Assembly: GCA_963708135.1 (NCBI GenBank)
Contig: OY970192.1
Coordinates: forward strand, 160,001-224,000
Direction: 5' to 3'
Source of the DNA: an uncultured Gemmatimonadales bacterium
GTDB lineage: Bacteria > Gemmatimonadota > Gemmatimonadetes > Longimicrobiales > RSA9
DNA length: 64,000 nucleotides
Shown piece after piece: positions 28,315 to 36,069 of this stretch; the first letter of the stretch is position 1; each line of letters starts with the position of its first letter. A program made the translations under genes and the position numbers. The notes below the pieces were generated by a model. It searched no databases. It was given only the letters and a program-made list of their open reading frames with translations, and was not told where the DNA came from.

Positions 28315-29973
28315 CTACTCGTCCTTCATGAGGATGGTCACGGCGAGGGCGACGCCGCCGCCGGCGGCGAGGATGAAGGCGAGGATCGCGAAGCCGGGGT
28401 AGCCGAAGAGCTGGAAGCGCGTCTCGACGCGCATGAGCATTGCGGCGCCCACGATGAGGGCGGCGAGCAGCAGCCCGAGGGTGATGCGGTTGGCGATCTT
28501 CTGGAGCCCGGCCATGAGCCGGGCTTCGTCGATGGCGTGGACGCGGAGCTCGAGGCGGTTGCCGACGGCGGCGTCGAGCAGGCGGTTGAGGCGGCCGGGC
28601 AGCTCCTCGACGAGCTCGCTCATCTGGAGGGCGTGGGAGAGGACGTTGCCGGGGGAGAGGCCCTTGAGCATGCGGCGTCGCATGGTCTCGGCGGCGTGGC
28701 GGCGGATGGCGGCGTCGGTGTCGAAGGTCGGGTCGAGGCTGCGGGCGACCCGGTCGAGGTCGAGGAGCGTCTTGCCGAGGAGGGCGAGCTCGGGGGGCAG
28801 TCGGAGCCCGTCGCGGGCGGCGATGCGCGAGAGCTGGAGCACGACGCGGCCGGCCTGCAGCTCCTCGGTGGGCGAGGCGTGGAATCGTGCGACGAGGCCG
28901 GCGAGGTCGCTGCGGGCGCGGCGCTCGTCGAAGCCCTCGGTACGCTCGGCCATCTCGAGGACGACGTCGGCGGCGGCGTCGGACTCGCCCTCGCCAAGCG
29001 CGAGGAGCACCCGCAGCAGGCGGTCCTGGAGGCGCGAGGTGACGTGCGCCATCATGCCGAGGTCGAGCAGGGCGAGACGGCCGTCGTCGGTGAGGAAGAC
29101 GTTGCCGGGGTGCGGGTCGGCGTGGAAGAAGCCATCGACGAGGATCTGCTGGAGGTAGGCGCGGAAGAGGTCGTCGGCCAGCCGGTGGCCGTCGAGCTCG
29201 AGCCGGCGGAGCGGCGAGAGGGCGGTCACCTTGCGGCCTCGCACGAGGTCCATGGTCAGGACCCGCGAGGTGGTGTAGTCCTGGACGGGCGCCGGCACCA
29301 CGATGCTCTCGAACTCGGCCAGGTTGCGGCCGAGCATCACGAGGTTCGCGGCCTCCTGCCGGTAGTCGAGCTCGCGCACGATGGCGCGGCGGAACTGCTC
29401 CATCGCTTCCGCCACGGCGTAGCGGCGGCCGATCTCGCTGTGCTCCTGCATGAACGCGGCGATCTCGCCGAGCGCCTCGAGGTCGTCGTGCACGGTCTGG
29501 CGGATGCCGGGGCGCTGGACCTTCACGGCGACGGCGCGCCCGTCGCGCAGCGTCGCCCGGTGCACCTGCCCGAGCGAGGCCGCGGCCATGGGCTCGCGGT
29601 CGAAGAAGGCGAAGGCGCGGTCCACGGGGACGCCGAGCTCCTCCTCGACGATGCGCTCGGCCTCCTCGCCCGGGAACGGCCGGGCGCTGTCCTGGAGCGG
29701 CTCGAGCGCGCGCGTGTAGGGCTCCGGCAGCAGGTTGTGGCGGGTGGAGAGCAGCTGCCCGAGCTTGATATAGGTCGGCCCCAGGGCCTCCAGGTCCTCG
29801 GCCAGCGACGCGGCCTCCACTTCCGCCGCGCGGACCTCCGCCGCCACGGGCTCCTCGCCCTCCGCGAACACCTCCTCCAGCCCGGCGTGCGCGATCAGGT
29901 CGGCGCGGCCGTGGCGGGCGAGCAGGAGCGCGATGTCCTTGTAGCGCTTGAGGTGCGCCGGGTTGACGGCCAC
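28315..29973 (-). CDS. ABC1/AarF/UbiB family atypical kinase
   Basis: LGPTYIKLGQ, AAASLGQVHRA, VAVKVQRP, FFHADPHPGN, LLDLGM; two C-terminal TM helices; GTG after GGAGG. Confidence 0.92.
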   Translation of the reverse strand: MAVNPAHLKRYKDIALLLARHGRADLIAHAGLEEVFAEGEEPVAAEVRAAEVEAASLAEDLEALGPTYIKLGQLLSTRHNLLPEPYTRALEPLQDSARPFPGEEAERIVEEELGVPVDRAFAFFDREPMAAASLGQVHRATLRDGRAVAVKVQRPGIRQTVHDDLEALGEIAAFMQEHSEIGRRYAVAEAMEQFRRAIVRELDYRQEAANLVMLGRNLAEFESIVVPAPVQDYTTSRVLTMDLVRGRKVTALSPLRRLELDGHRLADDLFRAYLQQILVDGFFHADPHPGNVFLTDDGRLALLDLGMMAHVTSRLQDRLLRVLLALGEGESDAAADVVLEMAERTEGFDERRARSDLAGLVARFHASPTEELQAGRVVLQLSRIAARDGLRLPPELALLGKTLLDLDRVARSLDPTFDTDAAIRRHAAETMRRRMLKGLSPGNVLSHALQMSELVEELPGRLNRLLDAAVGNRLELRVHAIDEARLMAGLQKIANRITLGLLLAALIVGAAMLMRVETRFQLFGYPGFAILAFILAAGGGVALAVTILMKDE

Positions 29974-30061
29974 GATGCCTCCGGCGTGCCGCGGCACGCG
30001 TCAAGGTCCGCCCGGGCGCCCCCGCGGCGCCCGGTCCCGGGGGTCCGTTGGGCGAAACCCG

Positions 30062-30268
30062 TGCCGGGCGGCGGCTGCGGGTTGCCTCGCGTCCTTCGCG
30101 CGCCTCACCAGCCGGGCGGCGAACCGCGGGTTGCCTCGCGTCCTTCGCGCGCCTCACCTGCCGGGCGGCGAACCGCGGGTTGCCTCGCGTCCTTCGCGCG
30201 CCTCACCTGCCGGGCGGCGAACCGCGGGTTGCCTCGCGTCCTTCGCGCGCCTCACCTGCCGGGCGGCG
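30062..30268. repeat. 49-bp tandem repeat, about 4 copies
   Basis: GCGGGTTGCCTCGCGTCCTTCGCGCGCCTCACCTGCCGGGCGGCGAACC at 30077, 30126, 30175, 30224. Confidence 0.95.
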
Positions 30269-30417
30269 CTCCGGCGGGGAGGCCCTCTCCGGCCCTGCGG
30301 AACGCTCGGCCCTCCCCCGGCCCCACTCCTCCACCGGCCACCCCCCTGCCTCGCGGACGGCAGTCCTCGGTCCTCCGAGGGCCTCCCCACCTGCGCGATC
30401 GTCCATGGGCGCGAGTC

Positions 30418-30604
30418 GCGCCTGGCGCATCGAACCGCCGGATCGTGCTCGGAGCCCGGGAGGTTCTGGCGCTTGTGTGCGCCCGGCGCATCGAACCGCC
30501 GGGTCGTGCTCGGAGCCCGGGAGGTTTTGGCGCTTGTGTGCGCCCGGCGCATCGAACCGCCGGATCGTGCTCGGAGCCCGGGAGGTTTTGGCGCTTGTGT
30601 GCGC
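30418..30604. repeat. 61-bp tandem repeat, 3 copies
   Basis: GCGCCCGGCGCATCGAACCGCCGGATCGTGCTCGGAGCCCGGGAGGTTTTGGCGCTTGTGT, near-identical copies. Confidence 0.95.
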
Positions 30605-30630
30605 AAAAGCATGGGACCGGGCTCGGACTC

Positions 30631-30810
30631 GCAAACGCAAGCGCAAACGCAAGCGCAAACGCAAGCGCAAGCGCAAACGCAAGCGCAAACGCAAGCGCAA
30701 ACGTAAGCGCAAACGTAAACGCAAACGCAAGCGCAAACCGGACTCGCACAACGCACCCGGACCCGGACCCGCACCCGCACCCGCACACGGACCCCGCACC
30801 CGGCACCCCG
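30631..30810. repeat. Hexamer microsatellites: GCAA(A/G)C x18, then (G/C)ACCCG-type run
   Basis: Directly visible 30631-30738 and about 30753-30810. Confidence 0.9.
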
Positions 30811-30912
30811 CGTCGGGGGCGGGAAGGGCGGTGTGGCGTCAGCCGGTGTTGCCGCGCCAGGTCCCCTCGGCGCACTTTCGGCGAACATCGATCCTCCAGC
30901 CGCCGGGTGGGA

Positions 30913-33060
30913 ATGCCGAGTCGTCCGATCGCACACGTCGTCGCCGCGGAGCTCTCGCTGACCGTGCCGCAGGTCGAGCGCACGCTCGAGCTGTTTGGGG
31001 CGGGCAACACGCTGCCGTTCATCGCGCGCTACCGGAAGGAGGCGACGGGGGGGCTGGACGAGGTGCAGCTGCGTGACGTGCGGGACCGCGCCGCCTACCT
31101 GGAGGAGCTGGACGCGCGACGGGCGGCGATCCTGGAGTCGGTCGCGGCGCAGGGGAAGCTGGACGCGGCGCTGCGGGAGCGGCTCGAGCGGGCGACGACG
31201 AAGCAGGAGCTGGAAGACCTCTACCTCCCGTACCGGCCGAAGCGGCGCACGCGAGCGACGATCGCGCGGGAGCGCGGACTTGAGCCGCTGGCGGAGCTGC
31301 TCTGGGCCGGGGGGGCGGGGGAGCGCGAGGCGCGCGAGGCGGCGGCGTCGCATGTGGATCCGGAGAAGGGGGTGCCGGATGTGGAGTCGGCGCTCCAGGG
31401 GGCGCGCGACATCCTTTCGGAGCGGGTGGCGGAGGACGCGGGGCTGCGCGGGTGGGCGCGGACGCTCACGCGGGCGAAGGGGGTGGTGCGCTCGCGCGTG
31501 GCGAAGGGAAAGGAGGCGGAGGGCGCCAAGTTCCGGGACTACTTCGAGTACGAGGAGCCGCTGGCGCGGATCCCGTCGCACCGGGTGCTGGCGCTCCGGC
31601 GAGGCGAGTCGGAGGGGGTGCTGTCGTGGGGGATCGAGGGGCCGGCGGATGAGCTGGCGGCGGGGATCCGGCGGCGCGTCGTGGCCGAGCGGCGCGCGCG
31701 GGAGCAGATGGAGCGGGTGGCGGACGATGCGTACGCGCGGCTGCTCGGGCCTTCGATCGCGGGGGAGCTGCGGGGGGAGCTCCGGGCGGCGGCGGACGAG
31801 GACGCGATCGCCATCTTCGGCCGCAACCTCGAGCAGCTGCTGCTGGCTCCGCCGGCCGGCGAGCGGGTGGTGCTCGGGCTTGACCCGGGCTACCGCACGG
31901 GGGTGAAGGCGGCGGTGGTCTCGCGCACGGGGGCGGTGCTCGAGACGGACACGCTCTACCTGCACCGGGAGGCGGCGTTCGCGACGGGGGTGCGGCGGCT
32001 GGTCGCGGCGCACGGGGTGGAGCTCGTCGCCATCGGCAACGGCACGGCGTCGCGCGAGACGGAGGCGGCGGCGCGGGCGGCGCTGGCGGGCGGCGGCGCC
32101 GGCCGACCGCAGGTCACGCTGGTGAGCGAGGCGGGGGCGTCGGTCTACTCGGCGTCCGACCTGGCGCGCGAGGAGCTGCCGGAGCTGGACGTCTCGCTGC
32201 GGGGCGCGGTCTCGATCGCGCGCCGGCTGCAGGACCCGCTGGCGGAGCTGGTCAAGATCGACGCGCGCTCGATCGGCGTGGGGCAGTACCAGCACGACGT
32301 GGCGCAGACGCGGCTCGCGGGCCGCCTCGACGAGGTGGTCGAGAGCTGCGTGAACCGTGTCGGGGTGGAGGTGAACACTGCCTCCGCCCCGCTCCTCGCG
32401 CACGTGGCGGGCGTGGGGCCGACGCTCGCGGCCAACATCGTGCGGCTCCGCGATGAGCGCGGCGGCTTCCGCTCGCGGGCCGAGCTGCGCGACGTGCCCC
32501 GCCTCGGCGCGCGCGCCTTCGAGCAGGCCGCCGGCTTCCTCCGCCTGCGCGGCGGCACGGAGCCGCTGGACGCGACGGCGGTGCACCCGGAGCGCTACGC
32601 GCTGGTGCGGCGCATGGCCCGCGACCTTGGCACGCCGGTCCCGGAGCTGCTCGGCAGCCCGGCGGTGGTCGAGCGTATCGAGGCCGCTCGCTACATCTCC
32701 GGCGAGGTCGGCCTGCCCACGCTGAGCGACATCCTGGAGGAGCTCGCCCGCCCGGGCCGCGATCCGCGCGAGAGCTTCGAGCCGCCCGCGTTCCGCGAGG
32801 ACCTCCACGCGACGGCGGACCTCCGCGAGGGCATGGTGCTCGAGGGGGTGGTGACGAACGTCGTCGCTTTCGGTGCGTTCGTGGACGTGGGCGTGCACCA
32901 GGACGGGCTGGTCCACGTCTCGCAACTGGCACGCCGCTACGTGCGCGATCCGAACGATATGGTGCGGGTGGGCCAGAAGGTTCGGGTCCGCGTCCTGTCC
33001 GTGGACCTCGAGCGCAATCGTATCTCGCTGTCGATGAAGGAGGTAAGCGACGTCGCTTGA
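30913..33060 (+). CDS. tex: Tex family RNA-binding transcriptional accessory protein
   Basis: 'TLPFIARYRKEATGGLDEVQ', 'DPGYRTGVK', 'GNGTASRET', 'RRLQDPLAELVKI', C-terminal S1 domain. Confidence 0.96.
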   Translation: MPSRPIAHVVAAELSLTVPQVERTLELFGAGNTLPFIARYRKEATGGLDEVQLRDVRDRAAYLEELDARRAAILESVAAQGKLDAALRERLERATTKQELEDLYLPYRPKRRTRATIARERGLEPLAELLWAGGAGEREAREAAASHVDPEKGVPDVESALQGARDILSERVAEDAGLRGWARTLTRAKGVVRSRVAKGKEAEGAKFRDYFEYEEPLARIPSHRVLALRRGESEGVLSWGIEGPADELAAGIRRRVVAERRAREQMERVADDAYARLLGPSIAGELRGELRAAADEDAIAIFGRNLEQLLLAPPAGERVVLGLDPGYRTGVKAAVVSRTGAVLETDTLYLHREAAFATGVRRLVAAHGVELVAIGNGTASRETEAAARAALAGGGAGRPQVTLVSEAGASVYSASDLAREELPELDVSLRGAVSIARRLQDPLAELVKIDARSIGVGQYQHDVAQTRLAGRLDEVVESCVNRVGVEVNTASAPLLAHVAGVGPTLAANIVRLRDERGGFRSRAELRDVPRLGARAFEQAAGFLRLRGGTEPLDATAVHPERYALVRRMARDLGTPVPELLGSPAVVERIEAARYISGEVGLPTLSDILEELARPGRDPRESFEPPAFREDLHATADLREGMVLEGVVTNVVAFGAFVDVGVHQDGLVHVSQLARRYVRDPNDMVRVGQKVRVRVLSVDLERNRISLSMKEVSDVA

Positions 33061-33167
33061 GACATGGCCCGCTTCTTGACCCCTGGCGGAACGGGCCGCG
33101 ATCGGCCCTTGCGCCCGGGAGCGGCACGCGCGGGCGGTTGAACCGGATTCGACGACGTGAGGCAGCC

Positions 33168-33566
33168 GTGCAGCCTAGAACCGTTCTTCTCGTGGAGGAC
33201 AACGAGGACAACCGCATCGTCTACGCGACGGTGCTGGAGCACTTCGGCTTCCGCGTCCTCGAGGCGCGGGACGGCGCGGAGGGCGTCCGGATGGCACACG
33301 AGGAGCACCCGGACATCGTGCTCATGGACATCTCGATCCCGGTGCTCGACGGCTGGCGGGCGACGGCGCAGCTCAAGGCGTCGCCGGAGACGTCGTCGAT
33401 CCCGATCGTCGCCCTGACGGCGCACGCGCTGCCGGAGGACCGGGAGAAGGCCAGGGCGGTCGGCTGCGACGCCTATCTGGCCAAGCCGTGCGAGCCGAGC
33501 CGCGTGCTCTCGGTGGTCCGCCGCCTGACGGATCCCAGGGGCGCGATCAGCGCGGGCAGCGACTGA
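33168..33566 (+). CDS. Single-domain response regulator (receiver, DivK-like)
   Basis: 'LLVEDNEDN', 'LMDISIPVLDGW', 'ALTAHA', 'YLAKP'. Confidence 0.92.
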   Translation: MQPRTVLLVEDNEDNRIVYATVLEHFGFRVLEARDGAEGVRMAHEEHPDIVLMDISIPVLDGWRATAQLKASPETSSIPIVALTAHALPEDREKARAVGCDAYLAKPCEPSRVLSVVRRLTDPRGAISAGSD

Positions 33567-33700
33567 GGGACGGCGACGTCGCCGCGCCGGCCGCCACCCG
33601 GACCATGACGGCGGGCGCGACGCGGCGGCCGCGGGCTCCGAGCCGGGGAGGGCGCGAGGGCGGGCGGGGAGCGCCGGGCGCAGAGAGGACGGTCGTCGCG

Positions 33701-34498
33701 ATGCAGAGCAGGGCCCACTACCGGAAGAACCACCCGATCCATCCCGCGCTGATCCCCTTCCCGCTGGCCTTCCTGCTTGGCGCGTTCGGCTTCGACCTGG
33801 TGGGCCGGATCACGGGGATCTCCGACCTCTGGATCATCGGCAAGTATCTCTCCGGCCTCGGCGTCCTGGCCGCCCTGGCCGCGGCCATCCCGGGCTTCAT
33901 CGACTATATCGGCACGGTCCCGCCCGCGAGCTCCGGGAAGCGGCACGCCACCCGGCACATGATCCTGAATCTCTCGGCGGTCGCCCTCTTCGCCATCGCG
34001 TGGCTGGTGCGGGGCGGCGTCGGCGTGCCGCCGGACTGGCCGATCGTGGTGCTCGAGGGCGCGGGCGCGGCGCTCCTCGGCTGGGCGGGGTTCATCGGCG
34101 GCACGCTCGTGTTCCGCAACCAGATCGGCGTGGATCACCGCTACGCGGGCGCCGGCAAGTGGCGGGAGGACTCCTATCCGGCGCCGCCCGACGGTGAGGC
34201 GATCTCCGTGGCCGCGGAGGGTACGCTCGAGCCCGACCAGATGAAGCTGCTCCACGTGGGCGGCCGCCGCATCGTGCTGGCCCGCACCGAGGACGGCTAC
34301 GTCGCCTTCGACGACCGCTGCACCCACAAGGGCGGCTCGCTGGCGGGCGGCGTCACCGGCTGCGGCGTGGTCCACTGCCCGTGGCACGGCTCGCAGTTCG
34401 ACGTGCGCACGGGCGAGGTACGGGCGGGGCCGGCGGGGGAAGCGATCCGGACCTACAGGGTCGAGGTGGTCGAAGGAGAGGTGAGGCTTTACCTCTGA
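33701..34498 (+). CDS. DUF2231 membrane domain fused to Rieske 2Fe-2S ferredoxin
   Basis: 'HPIHPALIPFP', four TM helices; CTH and CPWHGSQFD Rieske motifs. Confidence 0.88.
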   Translation: MQSRAHYRKNHPIHPALIPFPLAFLLGAFGFDLVGRITGISDLWIIGKYLSGLGVLAALAAAIPGFIDYIGTVPPASSGKRHATRHMILNLSAVALFAIAWLVRGGVGVPPDWPIVVLEGAGAALLGWAGFIGGTLVFRNQIGVDHRYAGAGKWREDSYPAPPDGEAISVAAEGTLEPDQMKLLHVGGRRIVLARTEDGYVAFDDRCTHKGGSLAGGVTGCGVVHCPWHGSQFDVRTGEVRAGPAGEAIRTYRVEVVEGEVRLYL

Positions 34499-34531
34499 GG
34501 CGACCCGGGCAGGGGTCAGGGACAGGGGCAC

Positions 34532-34626
34532 GCAACTGCCCGCGAGACGTAGAGCGCGCCGTCGGGGCCGAACGTCAAGGCGTCCGGGAAGAACAACCCG
34601 TTGACGATGGTGGTCTGCGCGCCCGA
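34532..34626 (-). pseudogene. C-terminal beta-propeller blade fragment (ScyD/ScyE-like)
   Basis: Minus frame reads 'SGAQTTIVNGLFFPDALTFGPDGALYVS' with no start or upstream body. Confidence 0.55.
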
Positions 34627-34636
34627 GGGGACGGAC

Positions 34637-34672
34637 GGGCAGGGGCAGGGGCACCCTTCCCTGCCCCTGCCC
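34637..34672. terminator. GC-rich hairpin between convergent genes
   Basis: Perfect 14-bp stem GGGCAGGGGCAGGG / CCCTGCCCCTGCCC with 8-nt loop; no U-tract. Confidence 0.45.
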
Positions 34673-34692
34673 GGTGCACGGCAGCTCCCGGT

Positions 34693-35331
34693 TCAGGCGT
34701 GGCTCGATACGAGCGGGCAGATGAGCACGTTCCCCGTTTCCACCTCGTAGATGTTGTCTCCAGCCGTCAGGTCCTTGTTGATGGGCAGAAAGACGTTGCC
34801 GGCAGCTTCGGCTGCGTCGAGATCGTCGGCGCTCGTGATGGGCTGGAAATCCGGAGACGCCACGTAGTCGGGGCTGTACATGACGAGGATGATCTTCCAC
34901 GGTGCCTTGTTCTCGCCAGCCGTGCCGTGGTTCCCCATGCCGGGCGCGCCGGTCAGCACGTGGTCGTGGTACACGAAGGGGGCGGGGAGCCCGGGGTGGA
35001 AGCAGGGGTCGCACTGCGGCTGATAGCCGGACGGAAGCGTGATGGCCGGGCCCGGCTGGAACTCCGGCGCCTGCGGATAGACGACGATGTAGAGCTCCTC
35101 CGCGTGCGCGTAGAAGTTCGGCATGGTCTGGGCGGCGTTCATGATCATGTGCGGGCCGATCATGTAGACCGTCTGGCCGTTCGCGTAGCTGGGATCGATC
35201 TCCGGCTTGCCGGGCACGGGTGACCTGTCGAAGGCGATGCCCGGCGACTTCGGCTGGGCGGGCGTCGGGCGATCACAGCCCGTGGCGGCAGCGGCGGCGA
35301 GAAGGAGCACGGTCGTGGCGAGGTGTCGCAT
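34693..35331 (-). CDS. Putative lipoprotein with CxxCxH and HDH motifs
   Basis: GAGGAG RBS; lipobox ATGC; 'QCDPCFHPG...YHDHVL'. Confidence 0.75.
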   Translation of the reverse strand: MRHLATTVLLLAAAAATGCDRPTPAQPKSPGIAFDRSPVPGKPEIDPSYANGQTVYMIGPHMIMNAAQTMPNFYAHAEELYIVVYPQAPEFQPGPAITLPSGYQPQCDPCFHPGLPAPFVYHDHVLTGAPGMGNHGTAGENKAPWKIILVMYSPDYVASPDFQPITSADDLDAAEAAGNVFLPINKDLTAGDNIYEVETGNVLICPLVSSHA

Positions 35332-35502
35332 GAGACTCTCCTCTGAGCGGGACAGGGGGGACGGATCATCGCACACGCCGACATTGCGGTCCGGCGCACA
35401 AGCTCGCAAGGTTGAAGGAGCAGGCGGTCCGTCGACCGCTCCTGCCCTTTGTACGACGAATTTCCCGAGAACCCGACATTCCCACGGCTCCGTAGGTCGG
35501 CC

Positions 35503-36069
35503 ATGCTCGAGGTCCGCCGTCCCGATGTGAGCGCCGAACAGGTCCTGGCAAAGCTGCGCAGCGGGCGTCGCGAGGACATCGACGCGCTCGTCGCGCTGTT
35601 GTACGACGAGCTGCGTGAGGTGGCGCATCGGCAACGCAGGGCCCATGGCGGAACGCTGGACACGACGGCGCTGGTGCACGAGGCCTACCTGAAGCTTGCC
35701 GGTGGTGTGCGCCCCGACTGGACCGACCGCGCGCACTTCCTCGCCCTGGCCGCGGTGGCCATGCGGCACATCCTGGCGGACCGCGCAAAGGCGCGGCTAC
35801 GCACGAAACGGGGTGGGGGGCAACAGCCGATCACGCTGGACGAGGAATCGTTCGCCGCCGAGGAAGAGGCAAGTGCGCTGCTCCAACTGGACGAGGCGCT
35901 CTCCCGACTCGGCGAGCTGGATGCGCGACTCGTGCGTGTAGTGGAGTGCCGCTTCTTCGGCGGGCTCACGCACGAGGAGATCGCGGCTGCGCTGGGAGTC
36001 ACGGTGCGGACCGTGGAGCGTGACTGGGCCAAGGCGCGTGGCCTGCTGCGGGAGCTGCTGGCCGCGTGA
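35503..36069 (+). CDS. ECF sigma factor, TIGR02999-type (kinase-associated)
   Basis: 'LYDELREVAHR', 'TLDTTALVHEAYLKL', 'KRGGG', 'RFFGGL', 'TVERDWAKAR'. Confidence 0.92.
   Translation: MLEVRRPDVSAEQVLAKLRSGRREDIDALVALLYDELREVAHRQRRAHGGTLDTTALVHEAYLKLAGGVRPDWTDRAHFLALAAVAMRHILADRAKARLRTKRGGGQQPITLDEESFAAEEEASALLQLDEALSRLGELDARLVRVVECRFFGGLTHEEIAAALGVTVRTVERDWAKARGLLRELLAA

Noticed and set aside
30062..30604. Possible CRISPR array
   Set aside because: Units are contiguous near-identical tandem copies with no unique spacers; no cas genes in the window
30631..30738. Poly-RK, poly-NA or poly-LR peptides
   Set aside because: Translations of a hexamer microsatellite with no credible start or RBS
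28537..30912. 1507-aa ORF as an N-terminally extended Tex
   Set aside because: Upstream part is antisense to the ABC1 kinase and runs through repeats; Tex homology starts at ATG 30913
34998..35016. c-type heme motif in the 34693 lipoprotein
   Set aside because: Sequence is CDPCFH (CxxCxH), not CxxCH
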